Shown piece after piece: positions 23,721-36,500 of a stretch of 64,000 nucleotides of DNA. The position numbers were made by a program, and so were the translations under genes. Positions within the stretch are counted from its first letter, which is position 1, and each line of letters opens with the position of its first letter. Source of the DNA: Hemiscyllium ocellatum. Its lineage: Eukaryota. Below the pieces are notes generated by a model. The model worked only from the letters and a program-made list of their open reading frames with translations, was not told where the DNA came from and did not search any database. The stretch spans positions 24,324,048 to 24,388,047 of the forward strand of contig NC_083409.1 of the NCBI RefSeq assembly GCF_020745735.1, in the 5' to 3' direction.

Positions 23721-25009
23721 GAAAAACAGTTTATCCCATGTGTCTTCTTAACCACATTACAGACCAGCATTAATCACCACGGCCACTTCTTCTACCTCCA
23801 CACACGTCTGACTTCCAGCTTCAAATTGATGAGAGACATTCCTTCATTATCTGAGAAACAGATAGAAACATTAAACACAGGAGCAGCAGTAGGCCATTCG
23901 GCCCTTCAAGCCTGCTCCACCATTCAATATGATCATGGCCAATCATCCAACACTGTCCCCTGTTCCTGCTTTCTCCCCACATTCTTTGATCCCTTTAATC
24001 CGAAGAGCTATATCTAATTCCTTCTTGAACACATACCACATCTAATTTCCTTATGCTGGAAAAATGGATGAGAATAATTGGGTTGTTGTTTGACACAATG
24101 ATCCATTGGGCCTTTTGGGTCTCTCTGCCTCTGACTCTATTATTATATACTATGAATAACTGAGTACCAAGGACTGATCCCTGTGATACCCCAACTGGTA
24201 ACTACCTGCCATTCAGAAAAAGACTCATTCTTCCTGTCCTGTCAGCCAACCAGTTCTCAATCCATCTCTTGTTTGCTGGGATTTCTTTGATTCAGTTGGA
24301 CTTATTTAATCCTGTCTTTGCATTCCTCAGGTCCTGCTCAATGTCACCCCTGTATTTTCTATCCTCCTCTCAGCTTTCTGCAGGTTTGAACTCCAGATAA
24401 CCAACATCACCTTCCCTGTTTGGTCTTCCCTACTCTAGCTGCCTTTTGACATCCCAGGCTGAGAGTCTAGATTTGGGAGTCCCACCCTTACTCATTGTGG
24501 GAACAGATACTGAACGATCTCTATCTCGTCCTTCGAGGGCTCCCACTGCCCTGACACTGATTTCCCATCATGTCACTGGTTCCAGTCCACTTTTACCAAA
24601 GCACCGCACAGTTTAGTAAAATGGTTCATTCCCAAATGAAAATTTTCACACTTGCTGCATAGTTCTCCATTTCCATCCCTACTCTCAATCTCACTGAGTT
24701 CTGATCACTGTCACTGAAATGCTCCCCCATTGATAGCCCTTCCAGCTGCCCACACTCATTCCCTAAATGATGGTCTAAAACTGTCCCTTCTCTTTCACCA
24801 TCACCTTCTCAGGGGCAATTAGGGATGGGCAATAAATGCTGGCCCTGTAGTAACACCTACATCCCAAGAAGCAATTTAAACAATACCTGTTCTTTTGTCA
24901 GGTTTGTTAGGTATTGGATACAAATTTTCAAACATTTTACCAGTGCATGTTCTGAGAGTTGAAGTACCTTCAAATGGCAGGGATTAAAATTGTTTCTCTT
25001 GTCTTTCAG

Positions 25010-25323
25010 GCCATGACAACTCTCAGCCCAAGCTGACCCTGCTGCCCCCCTCCCTGGAGCAGGTCAATGCCAAGGGCACTGCCACCCTGGTGTGCCTTGC
25101 CAATCACTTCTATCCCGATGAGCTGGAGGTGCAGTGGAAGAAGGATGGTGCAGTCATTTCGGACGGGGTTCAGACCAGCAACTACCTGCGAGCTTCGGAC
25201 AGCACCTACAGTGTCAGCAGTCTGGGTCTGACTGGGAGTACAACACTCACTTCTCCTGTGCCCTCACCCACGTGACCCTCCCCTCTCCCCTCAGCAAGAG
25301 CATCAGGAGATCAGAGTGTTTAA
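25010..25323 (+). pseudogene. IGKC: Ig kappa-type constant exon with internal frameshift deletion
   Basis: Acceptor TCTTTCAG|GC, phase matches the J donor. SHDNSQPKLTLLPPSLEQVNAKGTATLVCLANHFYPDELEVQWKKDG...STYSVSSL, then a frame change at ~25224 to SGSDWEYNTHFSCALTHVTLPSPLSKSIRRSEC. TAA at 25321 is out of frame by one. Confidence 0.95.
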
Positions 25324-25566
25324 GACAGTCCACAGAGGAGATACAACTTTATGTAGGACAGCAGGACAGGAGCTGGCAGGACAAAGGTTATTGTCAGAAC
25401 TGAATTTCAACTCTCTTCCTTCTCAGGACTACTCGGAAAAACTTCTGAAGTTCAGGAATTAAGGTAGTTCATTGGGACAGTGTAGAGAGAGCTTTATCCT
25501 GTGTGAAACTTCATGCTGTCCTTGTCCTGGGAGTGTTTGATGGGTCATGGTTAACTTGTGATGCCA

Positions 25567-25572
25567 AATAAA
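25567..25572 (+). terminator. Polyadenylation signal of the light-chain gene
   Basis: First AATAAA downstream of the C exon. Confidence 0.6.
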
Positions 25573-26706
25573 ATCTCTCGAAGATGCTGAAGACCGTCAG
25601 CTGTACAAAACAATGTGAACCTCAGAAATCCCTGCTTCAGTAAACCAGACCTCCTTCCTGTTCAGTTGCCAGTTCCAATTTAAGGTTTTTAATCTCTGTT
25701 TCAAGAGACAGGATTTTCATGTTATTGAGAAAATCTCCACAAGTGTTTTCCTCAAGCTCCATTGTGGCTGTTAATTTTAGTGTTTATTCTCCCAATGAAA
25801 ATGGAATAAAGATGAAGACGATTCAGTCTCTATTTCTGTGTGATTTGGAAATGGACCCCTCCTTTCAGCTGATCGGATGCATTTCAGCATAGCATTGTCA
25901 CAGTTGGCTGTTTAGTCTGTCAATTAGTAAGACTTTCGTTGTAGTATGGACTGACAGATAATCATCAATCATTTTCAAATGATCCCTTTGATATGGAAAC
26001 TGTGGAGGTTACAAATTTCCAAAAGAACAAAAACTGAAAGCTGTTGGGACTCAGTAATTACAATCTGAGGCATTCCCTCTTCACTCTTTTGATCCAGGCA
26101 GAGTTGCTGGGACAATACTGTGCACTCTCTGCTGCATGCTAGATATTACCTGTAATGATCTTAGGCCAGTCACTGAGAATGGAGGCTCTGTGTCTCTCTG
26201 AGTGTATTCCATAACCCTGCCTGAGGTGTCATTCGGAGTGTTATTCAGAGAGACACCTACAGGCTGTACTGAGTAACATGTTCACACTCAGAGAGACATC
26301 TACAGGCAGCACTGAGCTACACACCCACATTTGGAGAGACACCTACAAGCAGCACTGAGTAACATGTTCACACTCAGAGAGACACCTACAGGCAGCACTG
26401 AGTTACACGTTCACACTCAGAGAGACACCTACAGGCAGCACTGAGCTACACACCCACATTTGAAGAGACACCTACAGGCAGCACTGAGTAACATGTTCAC
26501 ACTCAGAGAGACACCTACAGGCAGCATTGAGCTACACACCCACATTTGGAGAGACACCTACAGGCAGCACTGAGTAACATGTTCACACTCAGAGAGACAC
26601 CTACAGGCAGCATTGAGCTACACACCCACATTTGGAGAGACACCTACAGGCAGCACTGAGTAACATGTTCACATTTGGAGAGACACCTACAGGCAGCACT
26701 GAGTAA

Positions 26707-27494
26707 CCTACAACCCACCCTCCCATCCTGGCCTACGACCCACCCTCCCATCCTGGCACTTTTTCCTGCCACCGCAGGAACTGTAAAACCTGTGCCCACA
26801 CCTCCTCCCTTACCTCTATCCAAGGCCCTAAAGGAGCCTTCCACATCCATCAAAGTTTTACCTGCGCATCCATTAATACCATTTATTGTATCCATTGCTC
26901 CCGATGCGGTCTCCTCTACATTGGGGAGACTGGGCTCCTTCTAGAAGAGTGCTTTAGGGAACATCTCTGGGACACCCGCACCAATCAACCACACCGCCCC
27001 GTGGCCAACATTTCAACTCCCCCTCCCACTCTGCCGAGGACATGGAGGTCCTGGGCCTCCTTCACCGCCGCTCCCTCACCACCAGACGCCTGGAGGAAAA
27101 ACGCCTCATCTTCCACCTCGGAACACTTCAACCCTAGGGCATCAATGTGGACTTCAACAGTTTCCTCATTTCCCCTTCCCCCACCTCACCCTAGTTCCAA
27201 ACTTCCAGCTCAGCACTGTCCCCATGACTTGTCTGGACTTGTCCTACCTGCCTAGCTCCTTTTCCACCTATCCACTCCACACTCTCCTCCCTGACCTAAT
27301 ACCTTCATCCCCTCCCCTACTCACCCATTGTACTCAATGCTACTTTCTCCCCACCCCCTACTCTCCTCTAGTTTATCTCTCCACGCTTCAGGCTCACTGC
27401 CTTTATTCCTGATGAAGGGCTTTTGTCCGAAACATCGATTTCGCTGCTCCTTGGATGCTGCCTGAACTGCTGTGCTCTTTCAGCACCACTGATC
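26707..27494 (+). mobile_element. Penelope-like 3' fragment (GIY-YIG) inserted in the minisatellite
   Basis: Homologous to 11031-11800. Flanked by CAGCACTGAGTAA (26694-26706 / 27495-27507). Hammerhead core at 27406-27441 with ACGT>ACAT decay. Confidence 0.88.
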
Positions 27495-27739
27495 CAGCAC
27501 TGAGTAATATGTTCACATGCAGAGAGACACCTACAGGCAGCACTGAGATACACACCCACATTTGGACAGACACCTAAAGGCAGCACTGAGTAACATGTTC
27601 ACATGCAGAGAGACACCTACAGGTAGCACTGAGCTACACACCCACATTTGGAGAGACACCTCCAGGCAGCACTGAGTAACAAGCTCACAGTCAGAGAGAC
27701 ACCAGGTAGCATGGAGTGTGAGCATGTTATTCAGTGCTT

Positions 27740-27940
27740 GAGAATGTGGTGCTGGAAAAGCACAGCAGGTCAAGCAGCAACTGAGGAACAGGAGAATCGA
27801 TTACTTCATCAGGAAAGGTCCTTCATCAGGAAGTCCGAAGCGTTGATTTTGCTGTCGCTTGGATGCTGCCTGACCTGCTGTGATTTTCCAGTACCACACT
27901 CTCAACTCTTAAGCTCCAGCATCTGCAGTCCTCACTTTCG
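27740..27940. mobile_element. Older Penelope terminal fold-back fragment
   Basis: Degenerate inverted arms GAGAATGTGGTGCTGGAAAAGCACAGCAGGTC / GACCTGCTGTGATTTTCCAGTACCACACTCTC (27740-27903). Confidence 0.7.
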
Positions 27941-28748
27941 CCTTGTTACTCAGTGCTGCCTAGCTCTATGAGTGTGTATGTTAATTAATGTTGCCTGTAG
28001 ATATCTTTCAGTGTGTGTGTTATTCTGTACTGTCTGTCAGCACCTCATTGAGTGTGAGTGTGTTACTCTGTGCTACCTGTAGGTGTCTCTGAGGTATTTG
28101 TCTCTGAGTGATGGATAGAGAATGGGCTTTGTGCTGGGGATTGAAGATTTGGTTTAATCTTCTCAAAAACAGTTAAGTCTGAGATGGCACCTCAGTGAGA
28201 TAACCAAAGTTAAAAATCACACAACACCAGGTTGTAGTCCAACAGGTTTCTTTGGAAGGACAAGATTTCGGAGCGCTGCTCCTTCATCAGGCAGTTAGTG
28301 GGCATGATCATAGTTCACAGAATTTACAGGGAAATTGAGAAAGGTGAATACTGAGAGTGTATTCTCAGTAAGGGAGGGATTTTAGAGGCAGTGGGCACTG
28401 TGCTCCCTAATGTGCTCCCCAGTTACAAGGGGATTTTCTGGATCCAGGGTCATTGCAGTCGTGGCTGCCTACTCAGCCAGTACAGGCTGGCCAGAGTTAT
28501 ATTTCAATGGTCAATTAGCCCTAAACTAGGTGCAGCAATATTACCTGACTGGGAGGGGAAGCTGTATGAATGAGGGAGGTTGAATTCTTCCAGGTCCAAG
28601 AGGGATTGCAGTAGATTAATGCAGGGCACTACCACCATGAAGGTGTCACCTTCTCTCCCCATTCCTCAGCTGTGGTGACCCTTGGGTTAAACACACCACC
28701 AGTTGGCTCCGTCTGTAATGAGCAAGTGGGACTATGTTCCTCTGGGAT

Positions 28749-29040
28749 TTGATTAGATTACCTACATTGTGGAAACAGGCCTTTCAGCCCAATCAATCCA
28801 CATCAATCCTCCAAAGAGTAACCCACCCGACCTATTTCCCTCTGACTAATGCACCTATCACTATGGGCATTTTAGCATGGCCAATTCACCTGAATTGCAC
28901 ATCTTTGGACTGTGGGAGGAAACTGGAACACCCAGAGGAAGCCCAGGCGGACACAGGGAGAATGTGCAAACTCCACACAGACAGTCGCCTGAGGCTGGAA
29001 TCGAACCTGGCAACCTGGTGCTGTGAGGTGGCAGTGCTAG
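28749..29040 (-). mobile_element. HE1-type SINE; further copies at ~30492-30780(-), 32455-32790(+), 33031-33350(+), 36841-37155(-), 37640-37925(+), 38280-38560(-), 47105-47230(-), 49640-49960(-), 56880-57147(-)
   Basis: Shared core GTGCAAACTCCACACAGACAG / CCAATTCACCTAACCTGCACATCTTTGGA in each copy. Confidence 0.8.
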
Positions 29041-29209
29041 CAGGGATAATGACCACGTTCTTAGGTGATGGAGGGAAGGTCAACCTCTCCCAAAGGCAGC
29101 ACAGGCTGGATCGAAGGGGCATCAAGAGTAAGCATGGGGAGATTGAGGGTGACAGAAGGAAGGGGTTGGTTGGCAGGTTGTTATTCAGAGTCAGGTACCA
29201 AAATATCAG

Positions 29210-30270
29210 TCCTTCTGACACTTCCTTTTTTTTTCTTTTTTTCAGTAGTGCTTATTTTTCCCCAGCCCCCATGTTGTGTGTGTGCAGGCATGAGACACAG
29301 TGAAAGTCACAAGTTGCATGAATCTTTATTCAATTTCCACCACCAGGAAGAAAGGAAACACATGAGTGGCCAATGATAAGCAGTGCCCTTCACATCAGAG
29401 AGCAATGCTGTGTGATCAAACAGTGAAGGGGAGGGCAGGAATTAAATCAAAATAGAGTTGGGACACTCCTCTTTATTTTAGTTTTTTTCCCCCCAGAATC
29501 AGTCCCTTCTCTTGAAACAATCAAGAGGAGAATCTTTGAACACTGGTCCAGCTCCCTCAAGAGCCAGCTCTCAGACTAAGCAGAACCTCTGACACTTCTG
29601 TTTATTTTTTTCTCTTTTACAGAACCCCTTACACTCCTGTTTATCGTTTTTTCCCCATACTACCGTCTAACTGCGGTAGAGCTTATTTTTCCCCAGCCCC
29701 CATGGTGTGTGTGTGTGTGTGCAGGTGTGAGACACAGTGAAAGACACAAGGTGCACAAATCTTCATTCAAATTTCCACCACCAGGAAGAAAGGAAACACC
29801 CGAGTGGCCAGTGACAAGCAGTGCCCTTCACATCAAAGGACAATGCTGCGTGATCAAACAGTGAAGGGTAGGGCAGGGATTAAATCAAAATAGAGTTGGG
29901 ACACTCCCCTTTTTTTTTACAAGCAGTGCCCTTCACAAAGTGCAATGCTAATCTCCTGTTTATTTTTTCTATTTTTTTTATTATTTTTTTCTTTTTTTTA
30001 ACCCCCACACTACCGCCTAACTGCGGTAGTGCTTATTATTTTTAACCCCAGCACCCATGGTGTGTGTGCGCAGGTGTGAGACACAGTGAGAGACAAGGTG
30101 TACAAATCTTTATTCAATTTCCACCACCAGGAAAAGTAGGAAAAACACCCGAGTGGCCTGTGACAAGCAGTGCCCTTCACATCGAAGGGCAATGCTGTGT
30201 GAACAAACAGTGAAGGGGAGGGCAGGGACTAAATCAAAATAGAGTTGGGACACTCCCCTTTTTATCTGTC
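29210..30270 (-). repeat. Three tandem copies of a ~200-260-bp retroposon-like 3' end
   Basis: TTCCACCACCAGGAA at 29335, 29773 and 30119. Minus-strand AATAAA with T-runs. Hairpin CTACCG(C/T)CTAACTGCGGTAG precedes copies 2 and 3. Confidence 0.8.
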
Positions 30271-33200
30271 ATCCAGGGCTCCCTGATTGGACAAGGTTAA
30301 CAGGCCCCATCAGCAAACTCATATTTTATCAGAAAGAATTAACACTTATCAAACAAGGAGCGCAAGAGCTAAAGGACACTGAACAATATGAATGGTTTGA
30401 AAGATTTCCTTACGAACATTGCAAATGAGATTTGGGAAAGAACATTTTTCACTCAGAGGGTGGTGGGAATCTGGAATGGACTGTCATAGAATCCCTACAT
30501 TGTGGAAACAGTCCATTTGGTGCAACAAGTCCAGACCAATCCTCCAAAAAGAAATTCACCCGAGATCCACTCCCATTGGCTATTTCCCCTGACTAATGCA
30601 CCTGACACATCCCTGAACACTATGGGCAATTTTAGCATGGCCAATTCACCTAACCTGCACATCTTTGGATTGTGGGAGGAAACCCACACAGACACAGGGA
30701 GAATGTGCAAACTCCACAGAGATAACCGGGGCTGGAATCGACCTGGGTCCCTAGTGCTGTAAGGCAGCTGTGCCACCCATAAAAAAGCCCAAAGAGTTGA
30801 GCTTTTTTTAAACTGCACCAGCCTGACGTGGTACAAACTACAAATTCGCAACCCTCTATCAGGGAAGGTAATGGAGGGTGGAAACCTTACAACCTTTGAC
30901 TATCATAACATTCATGGATTTGGGACAACGGCAGGAAATTGGGATAAAAGTGCCTTCAGTGGTAGTTATGTTCGCGCAGACTCAATGGGCCAAAGGGCCT
31001 TTTCTATGCTGTATCTATGCTGAGAGGGCTGTGCAGGTTAATGGTGACTAGTATAGACTGTTGAAGGTGGCAAATACATGATCACAGGTCAGAGGAAATG
31101 GCTCAAGCTTCAGTGAAGGCCCAAGTAGGTGCTTGGAAGAAGGGTCAAGGCTAATGGAGGCAAGGTCAATGGAAACTGAGCAAGGCACAAGGTGCTGGCT
31201 GGCATCTCCAGGGGTTGTAGTGAGGCATGTGGGGACGAGAGGGGAGTGTGTAGGGAGGGAGTGCCGTTTCAGATGAAATGTGACCTTTGCCAGCAGCAGC
31301 ATGACCTTCAGCACCAGAGGGTGTTCCTAACTACTCTGTGTGATCTCACACAGCCACCCGTCTAGTCACCACGCAAGGTCTTGCTCATGTCTATAATCCC
31401 ATCTACAACACTACCTGCACCCAGTATCTGCACCTCCTGTCTACACCATTGTCTGTACATACTGTCTGCACCCTCCATTTACACCCCCTGTTCACACCCA
31501 CTGTCTACACCGCTGTCTGCACCCTCCATCCACTCGTCCTATCTTTCTGCTGTTGTAAGATTGTATCCAATGATTCCATTGAGATTACTTCAACAGAAGC
31601 TTGAATTTTAGAACTGGCAATGATTGTCTTATAACCCTGACCTTCAAAGTCTGTCTTCCATAATGGGCTGATTAATATTAATTACTGAATGCCATTTGAT
31701 TTCTGTGATAGCAGGACTGATGTATAAGGAGAGGTTGAGTTGGTCAGGAATGTGTTCACTGGAGTTTGGAAGAATGAAGGAAGGGAATCTTGGAGAAAGC
31801 TGTAAAATTGGAACAGGACGAGACAAATAAGCTGCAGGAAGGATGTTCCCAATTGTGGGGAAGTCCAGAACCAGGCTCATAGTTTAAGGTTCAGGGATAA
31901 ACTCTTTAGGACAGAGATGAGGAAAAATGTTTTCACCCAGAGAGTGGTGAGCCTGTGAAATTCTGTCAGAAAGTGGTTGAGGCCAAAACATTACATTTTC
32001 GAAAAGGATATAGCCCTTGTGGCTAAAGAATCAAGGGATATGGGGTAGGGAGGGATTACAGTATTGTGCTCGATGCTCAGCCATGAACATAGATTTGTGA
32101 TGACTGAAGGGATGAAACATTATCAGAGAATGCAGAGTTGAGGTTAAAATCAGATCAACCACAATCTTATTGAATGGGGGAGCAGGGTCAATGGACTGAG
32201 TGGCCTACTTTTGCTCCTTGCCCATATGTTGCCTCATACACCTTTGCACGATCGGAGACTCGTTCATATTTTCTACCTGCAGATTAAGCTGCATGTGCAA
32301 TAGGCCTCATCTGTACAGTGTTTTCTCCAGCCTTTCATCAGGACAAGTTAAAGATAATGGTCTCATAATAAATCCATTAACTTTGTAAGCTAGCTTATTT
32401 GAAGCAATAAAACACATTACAAGTCGTGAAGCAGACATTACAGCAAGCAATGATGTGTGGCACTGAGGCTCAGTGGTTAGCATGCTGCCTCACAGCGCCA
32501 GGGATCCAGGTTCGATTCCAGCCTTGGGAAACTGTCTGTTTGGAGTATGCACATTCTCCCCGTGTCTGTGAGGGTTTCCTCTGGGTGCTCCAGTTTCTTC
32601 TCACAGTCCAAAGATGTGCAGATTAGGTGAATTGGCCAAACTAAATTGCCCATGGTGTTCAGGGATGTGTGGATTAGGTGCAGTAGTCAGGGAATATGTA
32701 GAGTAATGGGGTGGGGGAGTGGGATGCTGTTCGGAGGGTCAGTGTGGACTTGTTGGGCCAGGTGGCCTGTTTCCACACTGTCGGGAGTCTGTGAATTGAT
32801 CTCGGTCTGTGCAGCTTGCAGGCTCACAGATGACTAACTGCAACACTGTACATACACAGGGGTGGATTTTCTTAAAGGTAATGATCATCAAGGGGGGATA
32901 GTTACGTTCTCCCTTGATGGAGACAGTCATTGCTTGGCAGTTGTGTGGCAAAAATGTAACCTTATTCATGTTCCAAGCCTACATCTCTGGCAGTAAAATG
33001 CTTTGGAACATCCTAAGGTGACATACTTTTGGGGTGACAGGATGGCTCAGTGGTTGGCACTTCTGCCTCACAGCACCAGGGACCCACCTCAGGCCCTTGT
33101 GGAGTCTGCACATTCTCACTGTGTGTGGGCTTCTCCTGGGTGCTCGTTTCCTCCCACAGTCCAAAGATCTGCAGACTCAATAAATTGGCCGTGCCCCCTA

Positions 33201-33455
33201 AATTGCCTATAGTGTCCAGGGATGTGCAGGGTAGGTGGATTAGCCATTGAAAAATACAAGGAGAAAATAGGGGGCTGGGTGGAATGTTCTTTGGAGGGGC
33301 AGTGTGGGTGTAGGCTGAATGGCCTACTTCCACACTACAGGGATTCTGTGATACAAATGTAAGTTCCTTCTTTCCATTCTAGCCCTGAAGCATGCATATG
33401 GTTCTGTCTCATATCCACTCAAGAGATGGCAACCCTTTGAAGACAGGAGCAGCCT

Positions 33456-33576
33456 CTATTCTTTTGGAAAGTACTTCTTCCACTCTGTGTCCTTCACAGC
33501 CTTGTAGACAGCAACAATGAGATCAGGAAATAACCCAAAGCTATAACCTTCTGGACTCTTCATTAAACTGTGGAAC
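33456..33576 (-). CDS. RNASEL: RNASEL last coding exon
   Basis: GCTTTTCAG|G acceptor. EFHSLMKSPEGYSFGLFPDLIVAVYKAVKDTEWKKYFPKE*, compared with human [30 protein letters not shown]. Confidence 0.92.
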
Positions 33577-36500
33577 CTGAAAAGCACAATTAATGTCCAA
33601 GTCAATGAAGATATTCCTCAGCAATCCCTAAATGCTGAGTTTTAGTACTCAGCAGGCCCCAGGAGTCAAAATAACCAAGTAGATCATTGCTCTGAATTGT
33701 TCATAAATGTCACCTTCACATTTCTGGACGCTTTGATCAAAAAGGTTGCTTATTCCTCTCCAATATACAGCTTAAAATCAGCTCAAACTCCCAACCATCC
33801 AGCTGAGAGCAGAGCCCTGTACAAACTGGAACTTGGTCAGTGGGAGCACTGTCACCTCTGTCTCAGAAGCTTTGTCTATTTAAACCAGAGACTTAGTCAG
33901 AGAGTCATTCAGCATGGACAGATCCTTCAGTTCAACTCATCCATGCCAACTAGGCATCTTAAATTAATCTAGTCCCATTTGCCAGGATTTTGCTTATATG
34001 CCTCTAAACCTTTCCTATTCATGTACCTATCCAAATGCCTTTTAAATGTTGCAATTGTACCAGCCTCCACCATTTCCTCTGGCAGCTCATTCCATACTCC
34101 TTAGATCCCTTACGAATTCTTCCTCTCTCATGTTAAACCTGTGTCCTCTAGTTTTGGATTCACATACCCTGGGAAAGTTGTTGGCTATTCACCATATCTA
34201 TGCCCCTCATGATTTTATAAACCTCTATAAGGTCACCCCTCAGCTTCCAACACTCCAGGGAAAATAGCCCCAGTCTATGCAGCCTCTCTCTAAAGCTCAA
34301 ACCCTCCAACCCCAGCAACATCCTTGCAAATCTTTTTTGCACCCTTTCAAGTTTAACACCATTGTTCCTACAGCAGGAAGACCAGAACTGAGCCCTGTAT
34401 TCTCAAGCTATCCTCACCAATGGCCACTTTGGTGGACAGCCAGAACATGACATCCCAACTCCTATACTCAATGCACAGACCAATAAAGGCAAGTACCAAT
34501 CACCTTTGTCACTACCCTGTTTACCCACGGCTTCACTTTCAAGGAACTATGAACCTGCACTCCAAGATTTCATTGCTCAGCAATACTCCCCAGGACCCTG
34601 CCCTGATTTGTCTTACCAAATGCAACACTGTGCATTTATCTAAATTAACCTCTGTTACCACTCCTCATCCATTGGCCCACCTGAATAAGCATTGATCTTA
34701 CATTATAAACCTGAACGTATGGAAGGCATTGGTGAGACACACCTGCAGTACTGTGTCCAATTGTGGTCTGCTTATTTGAGGAAGGATGTGGTGGCACTGG
34801 AGGCTGTTCAGAGATTGTTCCCCAGATTGATCCCAGGGATGAAAGGGCTGTCCAACGAGGATCAGTTAAAGAGCTTGGGCTTGGACTCGTTGGAGTTCAA
34901 AAGAATGAGGAGGGATCTGATTGAGGAATAGAAAATGGGAAAGGGGAATGATAAGGTGGATGTTGAATAGATGCTACCCCCTGCAGGACAGTCTGGAACA
35001 AGAGAACATCGAGATAGAGTGAGAGGCGGTAGGTTCAAAACTGAGAGGAGGAGAAACTACTTCTCCCAGAGGGTTGTGAATCTGTGAAACTCAATGCCCC
35101 AGAGTGCAGTGGAGGCAGAATCAATCAACAGGTTCAAGAAAGATGTGTTTCTGATGAAAAGCGAGATAAAGAGCGATGGGGAGCAGGCAGGAGAGTGAAG
35201 TTGAGACCAGGATAAGATCAGCCACAGTCATGTCAAATGGCGGAGCAGGGTCGAAGGGCTGAATTGCCTCCTCCCGCTCCTAATTCCTATGTTGAGCACA
35301 CAGTCAAGGCTGACACTGCAAAACTGAGGGAGCTGTTGTCTTTCAGGTGAGATACAAAACAGAGGTCCTGCCACAATATATCGAACTGTACTATCTCCCC
35401 CAGTGACAAGTGTTGGAATTTGAATTCAAATCACAAAGCAAGCCTCATTAATGGTGACCACGATAATGATCCCTGAATGCTGTCCAGCCTCAGCCTTACC
35501 CAGCCTGGACTTCATGTGACTCCAGCCCCACAGCAATCTGGTTAACTCTTAGGTGCCTTCTGAGAGGCCACAGCAAGGCCAGCAGTTCAAGGGCAATTAG
35601 TCTTGGGTAACAAATGCTGATCTCTCCCAGTGACACCCACCTCCCAGAAAACAGAATGCAAGAGATTGGTGTCAGCCACAATTGTCAGATCAGACTCCCA
35701 GTGAGATGGGGAGATGGTTAACAATGTATTCAGTTCAGTATGGAACAGGTCCCCACTTGTTAGCACATCGTCGCTGACAAACTTAGTTCGAGAAAACAGA
35801 AAACTGAAGGCGAGAATACACAAATGTGGGAATATCAGTGAGAATTCAGGCAACTGAAGGAAGATGTGAAGAACTGCAAAGGAAGACAAAAAGGAAGCAA
35901 GAGTTACAAAACAAGTGATTGAGAAAGAGACCTGCAAGGGGTCACACAAATAACAGATGTTTTACACGAAAATTAGAAAATCAAGGAGTTCCAGTGCAAT
36001 GTGAGCCCTTTAAAAACAAACTGGGAATTCCATGAATGAGACTAAGGGAATGACCGATGTGTACAATAATTAGTTATGTCAGTCTTCACAGTCAAGGAAC
36101 GGGATAATGAAGCTCCCATTCCAGGGAGGTTAATAATGAATGGAAGACTGGAATTCATGAAACTTGATACTTGCCAGAAAACAGCATTGGAAAACGAGCA
36201 GCTCTAAAGGCTGACAGATCTCCAGGACCTCAGGGGTTTAAAGGAAGGGGGGAAGAAGTTTCAGAGGCTTTTCTCATCAGATTCCAAAGCAGCAACCATT
36301 CCTTTAGTTTGGAAAATGTCTTGCTGTAACTCCACGGGTTGAAGAAAGATGAGCGAGGGAACCAAGGAAATTATATCCTGGTCAATCTAACATCTCTTTT
36401 GAGGGTTTCATTGGAATCTATAATTAACAGCCGAGAGAATGAACATGTAGAGAGTTGGAAATAGCCCACATAGTTTTGTGACGGGTAGGTTCTAACTAAC

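Larger units (their letters stand above)
26247..28095. repeat. 43-bp minisatellite with two alternating unit variants; distal units inverted
   Basis: Units GAGAGACACCTACAGGCAGCACTGAG-TAACATGTTCACACTCA and ...-CTACACACCCACATTTG alternate. Reverse-orientation decayed units lie at ~27945-28095. Confidence 0.9.

Noticed and set aside
26247-27700. Regular repeat array as CRISPR-like
   Set aside because: Eukaryotic context; the intervening segments are two recurring variants rather than unique spacers; no cas genes.
28734-29376. 189-aa and 103-aa ORFs
   Set aside because: Run through an antisense SINE and simple repeats.
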